DNA of 64,000 nucleotides. Origin: a virus. Its lineage: Duplodnaviria; Caudoviricetes. The stretch lies in the IMG/VR virus record IMGVR_UViG_3300018012_000099; one strand, written 5' to 3'. The position numbers and the translations under genes were made by a program. Positions 38,606 through 46,955 of this stretch are shown piece after piece (the stretch's first letter is position 1; each line of letters starts with the position of its first letter). The notes below the pieces were generated by a model, which saw only the letters and a list, made by a program, of their open reading frames with translations, made no database searches and was not told where the DNA came from.

Positions 38606-39687
38606 ACGGTAAGAAAGGTTTAGTCAACCTGATTAAAAAGGTAGCACAGGAATTAGAGGACGCTCCGGGAGTGACTCCTAAGAGAGCTCCTGCGCCACCA
38701 CCGCCCAATTTGCCGCCCCCTCCCCCTCCGCCCATTGGGACGCCGGCACCCGCCGATTCAGTTGTCCCTAGCGAGGCGAAGTCAGTCGAATCAATGGAGC
38801 CCCCCGCCAGCATCGTGAGGATGCAAACAGAATTAAAGAATTTGGCTAATACCATGACCAGCCAAGTGGATCTGAAACAATTGGCTGGACCTCAGGGTGC
38901 AGTTGGACCAGATCCCACCCGAGAACAAAAACAAGCCTATGGACGTATGTCTTTCGCTGATTTTATTACCCAGCACTACACCAGAGACTCCGATATTCCG
39001 GGTGTAGAGTTTGATTGGGATCCAACCAAAACTGACATGAAGGATAAAGATCCTTCCAAACCAATTCGTACTAATGTAGTAATGGATACCATGCAAAGAA
39101 TTGGTCAGCCGGAAAGCGAGTTTAAGATTGATGGTATTTGGGGTCCTAGAACTAATGCTTCTTTGCGTAACGCCTATGCTATGGCTTTTGGTATGCTGAA
39201 AATGGCTACAGATTTCAAATATCAACCTCGTGCATATAATCAACGTAATTTGCAAGCCTTGAAGGAATTGATTCCACATTCTGCCAACGAAATTTCTATT
39301 CAAGAGAAGATTGAGAGGGCTGGCGAGATTTCTAAACACTTACAGTTGATTAGGGCTCTATATCGAGAAATAGAAACAAATATTTTTAATAGGAAAGAGT
39401 TCCAGCCTTATATTGATGGTACGCAACCTTATGCTACTTATGCTCCAGGCAAGGCGTTGGATCCTCGTATGATTGATGAGCTCAACCAGAAGTTTATTAA
39501 CATGAAGGTAATGGGAACTGTTGATGGTAAAAATGTTGCTGTTCCTATTTTGGTAAGTGATTTGGTGAGTACGCAAGCTTTAACAGACTGGCAGAAGAAG
39601 AATATGCCAAGTATGTCTCTTGTAGATATTTTATCTCAGATTAAAAAACACTTAGATAGTACTGATCCTGCTAAAAGGACACAATAA
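38602..39687 (+). CDS. Hypothetical protein with a peptidoglycan-binding-like motif
   Basis: IKKVAQ then a Pro-rich tract; IDGIWGPRT resembles the DG..G..T motif of PG-binding domains. Confidence 0.7.
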   Translation: MNGKKGLVNLIKKVAQELEDAPGVTPKRAPAPPPPNLPPPPPPPIGTPAPADSVVPSEAKSVESMEPPASIVRMQTELKNLANTMTSQVDLKQLAGPQGAVGPDPTREQKQAYGRMSFADFITQHYTRDSDIPGVEFDWDPTKTDMKDKDPSKPIRTNVVMDTMQRIGQPESEFKIDGIWGPRTNASLRNAYAMAFGMLKMATDFKYQPRAYNQRNLQALKELIPHSANEISIQEKIERAGEISKHLQLIRALYREIETNIFNRKEFQPYIDGTQPYATYAPGKALDPRMIDELNQKFINMKVMGTVDGKNVAVPILVSDLVSTQALTDWQKKNMPSMSLVDILSQIKKHLDSTDPAKRTQ

Positions 39688-40832
39688 TGACTTTTATTCT
39701 TGAAGATAAACAATTAGTAGATACGCTACTTAGATACGCTCAAGCCGCACAACCACAGAGATATATGGCTGTCAGCCCAGAGGATGTTAATGTCGTGCGT
39801 GGTCTAATTGGTGATCTAGAACAGAAGTTATCTGGAGAAGCTGTTGCTGTGGAACCGGAAATTACTACTGGCAGTGAACAAAATGCCGCGCTTTCCAGCT
39901 CCAATATGAAAAATCTGAGTACCTTAGTTAATTGGTTGGGTATGAATGGTATCAAAGTCAATGGTAAGAACGTAGTAGTCGGATGGGATGATTTGCCTAA
40001 TGATCCGTCTTATGTAGCATACCAATTTGAAGGAGATCAAACTTTTAGACCTTCTAATCAATTGGTTTTTAAGGTCAATAAGGAATTACTGGCTCAATAT
40101 CTCAACAGTTTACGAAGTCAATTATCCAAATTACCTAACCCAGTGATGCAAGCCCAAGTAGATGGGTTGGTTCGTGAAGCTAACGAACAATTAGGTACCG
40201 GTGTGGGTAAAGACCACCCAGAGGTGAAACAAACTCCCGATTCTAAGTCAAGTGGTAATGCTTCGCCAAATCAACCGGGACCAAGTGGTGCGCCACAAGC
40301 CGCTACTCTGCAACAACTGGCAGACATTTTACCATTACAGAGAGATGTATTGGATTTTGGAAGAGTCAGAGATTTTATTAATCACTATCGTAGTTTGGTG
40401 GGTGCAAGTACCGATCCAAATAGAGCACAACAAGCTAATGTAGCGATGGATCAGGCGGAACAGTTTATGCAAGCCGCTACTAAAAATACCTTGGGTCAAA
40501 GTATGACTACTTTTCATATGGACGGATTGTCAGCTAATGATTTGAAAGAATGGTCTACTCCTCCTGATCCGGGTCAAGCCGCTCGTACTCGTGGTAGTGC
40601 TAGGGCCTTAGCCGACTATCTAGAACAGGTAGTACGACAGGTGTATGTCATTGTTAAAGATTTATACAACTCGCACTATCAACAGCTCAGAGATCCAAGA
40701 TTATCTGATTTAAATCTGGCTATTCAACAACAAGTAGGTGGTCCCAGCATCCCATTTGGGAGCTCTTTAGCTAGTTCTAACATGGATGATATTCAAACGG
40801 CTCGTGCCAGATTGCCACAAGTAGGAGCCTAA
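39687..40832 (+). CDS. Hypothetical Gln/Ala-rich protein
   Basis: 381 aa; TAATG stop-start coupling at both ends; LLRYAQ near the N-terminus. Confidence 0.78.
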   Translation: MTFILEDKQLVDTLLRYAQAAQPQRYMAVSPEDVNVVRGLIGDLEQKLSGEAVAVEPEITTGSEQNAALSSSNMKNLSTLVNWLGMNGIKVNGKNVVVGWDDLPNDPSYVAYQFEGDQTFRPSNQLVFKVNKELLAQYLNSLRSQLSKLPNPVMQAQVDGLVREANEQLGTGVGKDHPEVKQTPDSKSSGNASPNQPGPSGAPQAATLQQLADILPLQRDVLDFGRVRDFINHYRSLVGASTDPNRAQQANVAMDQAEQFMQAATKNTLGQSMTTFHMDGLSANDLKEWSTPPDPGQAARTRGSARALADYLEQVVRQVYVIVKDLYNSHYQQLRDPRLSDLNLAIQQQVGGPSIPFGSSLASSNMDDIQTARARLPQVGA

Positions 40833-41842
40833 TGACTAAAGGTAATGCCAGTTTTTATCTAGATACACAGCTCGTTGAAACAGTTTTAGGAGATGGTAAA
40901 TTCACCAAAACTGCGCAGGCTGGAATTTTGTCTGGATTGGGGGGCATGGTTAAAGAATATTTTGGTGCTCACTTCGATCCCAACGATAAGGAGGGTAGCG
41001 TCATTAATATGTTAGCTCCCGCCGCCATTTCCTCTCTCTTCCGTGCTTTTGGTTTTGGTAAGCTGGGGTTGCTATTTGGTGTAGCTGCTAGTGCTTTACA
41101 TTTGGATGTAGCGAGTATGATTCGTAGTATCTACGAGCGTCTCAAAGTATCTATTGGAAAGGGTCAGGTTACACCATCCGAAGTAGATGGCGCAGTTAAT
41201 GAAGCTATCCAAGAGCATACCACTTCCCCACAAGAAAATGACCAGTCCCCCGCTTTCGATAAGAGAAATTTCGATAAAGAAATAAGAGATGCTCGCATAG
41301 TGCGTTTAGCTTTAGAGCAATATGAAACACAATTGTTTCAATTAACCAAAGAAGGCGCTCCCGCCCGTGGTTGGTTTTCTAGTGCCAAGCGTTCTGCTAC
41401 TGGTAACTTGATTGGTCGTATTATCGGATGGGTTTTTAAACTTATTCTAATGTCGGCAGGTTTTATGGTAGCTGGAGACATCGCCAACAAACTATTAGGT
41501 CGTCCTAATGCTCTAGATCATACTTATCAGGCAGCCCCTTCCAGCGAAAATAGCATCACTTCACATCCCGCATCTTCTAATGTGTGGATAGAACACGTGA
41601 CCAATGATCCAAATTCCATCGAGAATATGTTGCTTGGTTTTACCAGGGATATTTATCCGAATTTAGTGGGTAAAGAAGATGCTATTAAAAAATCTCCTAC
41701 TTTTCAAGCCATTAAAGATCAAATTGTTTGGTATAACCATACGGCTGCGGGAGAGCCGGAGGTCTATATTCCAGCAATATATACAGATAAGAAATCTCTA
41801 GTGGATCGTTACATCAATGAGGTGACCAAAAATGCATCTTGA
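40832..41842 (+). CDS. Hypothetical protein with hydrophobic Gly/Ala-rich segments (ejection/pilot-like)
   Basis: FTKTAQ then AGILSGLGG...; FGFGKLGLLFGVAASAL; IIGWVFKLILMSAGFMVAG. Confidence 0.75.
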   Translation: MTKGNASFYLDTQLVETVLGDGKFTKTAQAGILSGLGGMVKEYFGAHFDPNDKEGSVINMLAPAAISSLFRAFGFGKLGLLFGVAASALHLDVASMIRSIYERLKVSIGKGQVTPSEVDGAVNEAIQEHTTSPQENDQSPAFDKRNFDKEIRDARIVRLALEQYETQLFQLTKEGAPARGWFSSAKRSATGNLIGRIIGWVFKLILMSAGFMVAGDIANKLLGRPNALDHTYQAAPSSENSITSHPASSNVWIEHVTNDPNSIENMLLGFTRDIYPNLVGKEDAIKKSPTFQAIKDQIVWYNHTAAGEPEVYIPAIYTDKKSLVDRYINEVTKNAS

Positions 41843-41848
41843 TTACCT

Positions 41849-41863
41849 GCATATCCAAGCATA
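41849..41863 (+). promoter_or_regulatory. Candidate late promoter GCATA-N5-GCATA
   Basis: ATW-N6-YAT motif; supports ATG 41890 as the true start of the next gene. Confidence 0.5.
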
Positions 41864-41889
41864 TTCATATAATTTACCATGGTGGGATA

Positions 41890-43179
41890 ATGAGACGTTC
41901 AGATATTTTTGAGACTTTTGTCAAGATAGCCGAAGAAAAGGGCTTGGTTTCCAAAGGTTCACCAGAATCTGTGAAGGAAACTTTAGAAAAGACTCATCGT
42001 GCCGATTCTTTAAGTATTGAGGATATTGCTCATTTGTATAACACCAAACCTGGTGCTCCCAAGGAGATGGAATATAAGAAAAATATCGTGGAAATTGCTC
42101 ATCCTGAGCCTCAAGTGCTGTTTAATTCCTATGATAAGCTCAATGCTTTAGTGGAAAATATTCAAGAGCGTCAGAACATTCTTCTACATATCGTCAACAA
42201 AAATTCTCCCGATGGACAGTTGACCAATCGTAAATATGCCAAACGCGACTTCATTCTTTCTTTGGTGAGAGTGGGCAACGATATGGATAATCGTGGTCAG
42301 TCTGATCTAGTGACTTTAGCTGATGCTTGTTTGTATCAAGCTACAGCTAAATCTCTAAAGAAAAACGCTCAATTACAGCTAATTATTCCACTTATCGCTG
42401 CCGCGATGGGAGGATTATATGCTAAACAGCATCTTCGTTTTCATAGCGATGGTTTTGAAAGAGATTATCAGAAGGCGGTGGCTGAATTAGACGATTTGCT
42501 CAATTCTAATAGTAATTTTGGGGTAGGATACGAATATAAACCAGAATTTATTACTCGAGTCAATGATATCAAGAATAAGTTAAACGATTTAAACACTTCC
42601 GTTCAATCCGTTTTACCGGAGTTAGATAAATTGGAAGCGCCACATACCGGATCTGAATTGGTCACCATTGCTAAACAACCAGACACCCATGAAGCCCTAC
42701 ATGCTCTGCAAGAGTTTAAGAAAGTAGTAGGAGAAGTATATCCATATTTACGTCAAGTAGTGGCTGACTTTAGCAATGAAGGCTATAAACAACGCCAAAT
42801 TCAAGATAAGGGATGGTTAACTGGCGTGGTAGATAGCACCGAGGTATTGCACGGTGGCAAAGGGTTAATTGCGGATGATTTTGATGATGTAGCTCATGCC
42901 TTACAAACTATCTTCTATGATGTGGCAAATATTCAGAAATCTTTATCTGGTGCTGATAATGCTGCTGCTCTAGCTCAACAACAATTACAATCCGCCCAAG
43001 CTAGTATGCCGGGTGAAGAAGCTTCTCAAGAACCAGAATCTGCCTCAGTACCTCTTCCAACTGCCCACGAAATGGGTGGTAGAACTTCCACAGTTCCTGC
43101 TAATCCGGTGGAACAAGATCAGGCTTCCCAGTTGGAAAAAGAACTCTCCGACTTCTCTTGGGAAGATTTAAAGGGCTAA
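41890..43179 (+). CDS. Hypothetical internal/ejection-like protein, paralogous to the 37406 protein
   Basis: FVKIAEEKGLV, IVEIAHPEP, helical hairpin, LKKNAQ followed by hydrophobic LQLIIPLIAAAMGGLY. Confidence 0.78.
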   Translation: MRRSDIFETFVKIAEEKGLVSKGSPESVKETLEKTHRADSLSIEDIAHLYNTKPGAPKEMEYKKNIVEIAHPEPQVLFNSYDKLNALVENIQERQNILLHIVNKNSPDGQLTNRKYAKRDFILSLVRVGNDMDNRGQSDLVTLADACLYQATAKSLKKNAQLQLIIPLIAAAMGGLYAKQHLRFHSDGFERDYQKAVAELDDLLNSNSNFGVGYEYKPEFITRVNDIKNKLNDLNTSVQSVLPELDKLEAPHTGSELVTIAKQPDTHEALHALQEFKKVVGEVYPYLRQVVADFSNEGYKQRQIQDKGWLTGVVDSTEVLHGGKGLIADDFDDVAHALQTIFYDVANIQKSLSGADNAAALAQQQLQSAQASMPGEEASQEPESASVPLPTAHEMGGRTSTVPANPVEQDQASQLEKELSDFSWEDLKG

Positions 43180-43292
43180 TCGAATTATTTTGACCAAATC
43201 TGGGAATAATACTATATCCCTGATGTAAGTCAAAGGTGTAAGTATATGCCGATTGCAAAAATCGAGCATTCAAGATTAAATAGGAAAATAAA

Positions 43293-44093
43293 ATGTCTCT
43301 AAAACTTTTACAACCAGGCATTCAGCCTTTGGGTCAATTTGATGGTCTCGACTCTGACGTATTAACGTTGAAGGGTGGAGAAGTTGTTTCTTTTGCTTCT
43401 ACCCAAACCTCTGGTCAACCAGGTGTTACTACTGCGAGTTTGGATAAAGCGGCTTATGATTCATTCGACGGATACGTCAATGGTGGCAGCAACGTCTTTT
43501 ATCGTCCAGTGGTAACTAGACTGTGGAATGGTACTAACCTTCCTGCTGACGGTTATACTGCTGTAACAGCTAGTGCTCCAGTGGGCGCTGCAACCGGTCG
43601 TCCTTTGATGCTCGCTGACGATGGTATTACTGGTTACGGTACTCTCTTCGGTACTGTAGTTGGTGGTACTGTTGGTCAAGTTTCCTACGGTCCAAACAGC
43701 GTTGTTGCTTCTGCTAACTTGCTCGGACCTCACACCGCTACCGGTTCTGGTAAAGTAACTTGCTGGGATAAGCCAGGTCTCTACGCCGTCTCCTTGGACG
43801 CTGTCGATACTACCGCTTCTACTGGTTTAGTTCCAACTAACGTTACAACTGCTACCGTCGGCGTTGCCCTTGGATTCACTTCCTTGGGACTCTTGACTCC
43901 AAGCGGTTCTGCTCAAGACATTACTCACGGTCTAGTGAGCGTGGGTCACTTCGTTGAGTTCAACACCAACGGTTCTTTGGTTACTACTCCTAACTTCCTA
44001 GTTGCCGCTCTCAATAGCCCATCTGGTAACGTTAGCTCGCTTGGTCCAAGATCCTTCGCCTTTGCTACTATTTACTTTGCTCCAAAGAGCTAA
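43293..44093 (+). CDS. Capsid decoration/cement protein
   Basis: Directly upstream of the major capsid gene, strongly biased codons, Gly/Thr/Ala-rich beta protein. Confidence 0.65.
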   Translation: MSLKLLQPGIQPLGQFDGLDSDVLTLKGGEVVSFASTQTSGQPGVTTASLDKAAYDSFDGYVNGGSNVFYRPVVTRLWNGTNLPADGYTAVTASAPVGAATGRPLMLADDGITGYGTLFGTVVGGTVGQVSYGPNSVVASANLLGPHTATGSGKVTCWDKPGLYAVSLDAVDTTASTGLVPTNVTTATVGVALGFTSLGLLTPSGSAQDITHGLVSVGHFVEFNTNGSLVTTPNFLVAALNSPSGNVSSLGPRSFAFATIYFAPKS

Positions 44094-44121
44094 TCTGACT
44101 AGTCAGTTTAGTTGAAATCTT

Positions 44122-44160
44122 AAAACAACCAGCTCATTCGAGCTGGTTGTTTTGTTTTTT
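44122..44160 (+). terminator. Intrinsic terminator
   Basis: 14-bp stem AAAACAACCAGCTC/GAGCTGGTTGTTTT, 4-nt loop, T-tract. Confidence 0.85.
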
Positions 44161-44184
44161 ATGCATTTAAAATTCAAAATATGG

Positions 44185-44199
44185 TAATATTGAGTTATT
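44185..44199 (+). promoter_or_regulatory. Candidate promoter for the major capsid gene TAATATTGAGTTATT
   Basis: ATW-N6-YAT motif between the terminator and two leader hairpins (44207-44223, 44224-44238). Confidence 0.5.
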
Positions 44200-44268
44200 C
44201 TTGTTGATACGCAATTTGCGTATGCTGGTTTTTCCGGCAAACATTTCCAATAAAAACGTGGAGAACAC

Positions 44269-45282
44269 ATGAATATGTTCAATAACCAAGGCGCAGTAAA
44301 CGCCTCATCCCTTAAGGATGCACTACAGACTCTCGTCAAGTATGCTGCTATTCTCGAAGAGAACACCCCAGCAAATCAAGGCTTGGCAGGTCAACCATCT
44401 TTGTCTGATGACAAGCGTGATGAGTTGATTTCTCGTGCCATTATGACCCAAGACGGTAAAATTGCTCTAGCTCAGGCTATGGCAAACCCAATCCGTAGAA
44501 ACCTAGATTATCATGGTATCGCTCGTCGTGCCTTGGTGGTCGATCCATTGCCACAAGGTGCTATGCCAACTTACGATAGAGATATCGATGTTGCCGCTGT
44601 AGTTATCTCCAGCAACGGTACTGGTCCAGAATCCAGAGTATTCGGTGACAGAGTAGTTGTCCCTGAATTCGAAGTTTACGCAAATCCAACCGTTAGAATC
44701 GCCGAAGTCAAGCGTCGTAGATTCAACGTTATCGATAGAGCAGTCCAGAAGGCTCGTCAAGAAATCATGGCTCAAGAAGACGCAAACGTTTTCGCAGCTT
44801 TGGATGCAGCCGCTTCTGTGGAAAATACTCTAACCGACATCGCTGATGCCGGTCTTCTCAAGAGAGACTTGGTTGAAATCAAGCAACAAGTTGATCGTTG
44901 GGACTTAGTTACTACCAAGTACTTCATGAACATCAATGAGTTCACTGACATCCTCAAGTGGGGTTCTGGTGGTGGACAAGGCGTTGGTGGTGGAGACTTC
45001 GATCCAGTAACCATGCGTGAAGTTCTACAAACTGGTCTTTACGCTCATATTTGGGGTACTGACATTATGGTAAGCAAGATTGTTCCTCCTGGAACGATAT
45101 ACGGCGTAGCAGATCCTGAATTCGTCGGAGTCATGCCAATTCGTCAAGACATTGAAGTCTTGCCAGCAGACGAACCAAAGCAATTGAAGCTTGGATGGGT
45201 CGTCAGTGAAATAATTGGTATAGCGATAGTTAACCCACGTAGTGTTGCGGCCGGTAGGAAATCGGTTGTCATCGGGGCTTGA
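44269..45282 (+). CDS. Major capsid protein (HK97 fold)
   Basis: KIALAQAMANPIRRNLDY.GIARRALVVDPLPQG..P.YDRD; E-loop/P-domain-like pattern ending GIAIVNPR; strongest codon bias; flanked by terminators. Confidence 0.9.
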   Translation: MNMFNNQGAVNASSLKDALQTLVKYAAILEENTPANQGLAGQPSLSDDKRDELISRAIMTQDGKIALAQAMANPIRRNLDYHGIARRALVVDPLPQGAMPTYDRDIDVAAVVISSNGTGPESRVFGDRVVVPEFEVYANPTVRIAEVKRRRFNVIDRAVQKARQEIMAQEDANVFAALDAAASVENTLTDIADAGLLKRDLVEIKQQVDRWDLVTTKYFMNINEFTDILKWGSGGGQGVGGGDFDPVTMREVLQTGLYAHIWGTDIMVSKIVPPGTIYGVADPEFVGVMPIRQDIEVLPADEPKQLKLGWVVSEIIGIAIVNPRSVAAGRKSVVIGA

Positions 45283-45326
45283 TCCTGAATAATATCCAAT
45301 AGTTAGCAATAACTAATTGAAACTTG

Positions 45327-45356
45327 AAAAAGCTATCGTATGATAGCTTTTTCTTT
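45327..45356 (+). terminator. Intrinsic terminator after the capsid gene
   Basis: Stem AAAAAGCTATC/GATAGCTTTTT, loop GTAT. Confidence 0.82.
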
Positions 45357-45396
45357 GTTATATAGCAGGTGTGTATGTATATAATGTGGAGCTTTT

Positions 45397-46236
45397 ATGA
45401 TTTCTGTAGAATTATATGAAGAATGTAAAAAATTATATTTAGGCGGTCATTCAATATCTAAAATTTGTTTGGAAAAACATTTGGATAGGCACAATTTGGG
45501 GCGTCGTTTTAAAAAAGATGGAATAAATGTTGGATTAGGTTGCTCAAATGCTCGAACATATAATCTAAATGAGCATTATTTTGACCATATTGATTCTGAA
45601 GAAAAAGCATATATGTTAGGATTCATATATGCGGATGGTAATAATCTATTTCAAACAAATAGAATTGCGATACAACTATCGATTGTAGATAAGGAGATAC
45701 TTCAAAAATTTTCTCAAATTATGTTCGGACAAGAGAATTTAAAATATCGCAAGAATAAAAATAATAAAGGAATTGAATTTGAATATGTGTCTTTAAGTAT
45801 GTATAGCAAACATATGAGCCAGCATCTTGCTACCTTGGGCGTGGTAGAAGCCAAATCCCATAAAATTGTCTTTCCTGACTGGCTTGATAAGTCTTTGTAT
45901 CGTCATTTTATCCGAGGACTAATCGATGGGGATGGTTGGATTTATCTGCCCAATGATAATCGAGATAGTCCTAATGTTGGACTAATTTGCACTCGCAAGT
46001 TAAATGATTTTCTAAAAGACTATTTTGAGAAAGAATTGAGGCTCAAATCTTATTTAGTCAAGGCATATAAACAGGATTTCGAAGTTATGTGTGAAATTCG
46101 TGTTAAGAACTATCACCAATGCAAAATATTTTTGGACTGGCTGTACAAGAGCGCCACTATCTCTTTGCAGAGGAAGTATGAATTATATCAGGAATTTCTC
46201 AACCGATACGATAATTTGAGAGATCAAAACAAGTAA
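45397..46236 (+). CDS. LAGLIDADG homing endonuclease (free-standing), paralog of 35656-36495
   Basis: EEKAYMLGFIYADG and HFIRGLIDGDGW. Confidence 0.9.
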   Translation: MISVELYEECKKLYLGGHSISKICLEKHLDRHNLGRRFKKDGINVGLGCSNARTYNLNEHYFDHIDSEEKAYMLGFIYADGNNLFQTNRIAIQLSIVDKEILQKFSQIMFGQENLKYRKNKNNKGIEFEYVSLSMYSKHMSQHLATLGVVEAKSHKIVFPDWLDKSLYRHFIRGLIDGDGWIYLPNDNRDSPNVGLICTRKLNDFLKDYFEKELRLKSYLVKAYKQDFEVMCEIRVKNYHQCKIFLDWLYKSATISLQRKYELYQEFLNRYDNLRDQNK

Positions 46237-46253
46237 TTATTTTACATCTACCT

Positions 46254-46880
46254 ATGAGCCTCGATCGTTTATTAAAACAAGCCGAATACTTCGAAAAATT
46301 GTCGCAACAAGACCCATATGATAGTAATTTGCGTAATTTGGTAGTGAATACTCGCCCCGATGGACGCAATTTTTCATTTCGTGAAGTAGTGGATGTAGTG
46401 TTACAAGATCTAACATCTTTGGATCGAAGTGAAAAGGATCCGGAGGTTTCCCAAGCTAGTCATGGATTATTGAATATTCTTAATAGCCTGGAAGTTCCCG
46501 ATCCCAATGCTATGTTAAATGCAGCGAAGGCGGCTAATAATGTTATTCAACAGAGATATGCTAATGATGCTGAAAAAACCAAAATAGCCAAATATCTAGT
46601 ATCTCTGACGCAAATCATCATCAATAAGTATTTTACCCAAAAATCCACAGATACGTCTGGTGGTGATGTGACCACCGAAGGAACTTATGTGTTTCTGCAA
46701 AGAATATTTAATACTCTTCATAGCGGTCAATCTTTAAATGAGAATGATGCCAATGAGTGGAAAAATTCTCGTACCTTTTATGTGCGACGACTTAATGGGT
46801 TAAATTCTCTACCCAATTTGACACCATCTCAGCAAAACGAGAAACAACTAATCGAATTTGTGATCAGCAAATTGCACTAA
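46254..46880 (+). CDS. Hypothetical protein
   Basis: 208 aa; MSLDRLLKQAEYFE N-terminus. Confidence 0.7.
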   Translation: MSLDRLLKQAEYFEKLSQQDPYDSNLRNLVVNTRPDGRNFSFREVVDVVLQDLTSLDRSEKDPEVSQASHGLLNILNSLEVPDPNAMLNAAKAANNVIQQRYANDAEKTKIAKYLVSLTQIIINKYFTQKSTDTSGGDVTTEGTYVFLQRIFNTLHSGQSLNENDANEWKNSRTFYVRRLNGLNSLPNLTPSQQNEKQLIEFVISKLH

Positions 46881-46955
46881 ATATTCTTATTGTCTCTTGT
46901 GTGAAAATTTTCCATAGAAAAATGAGTGATATTCCTGTATTTCTTTGGAGATTAT

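Noticed and set aside
1504-45282. Inteins or group I introns in recA, primase, terL, portal or capsid genes
   Set aside because: Motifs are contiguous and sizes ordinary; no intein splice-junction signatures; the LAGLIDADG genes lie outside complete ORFs
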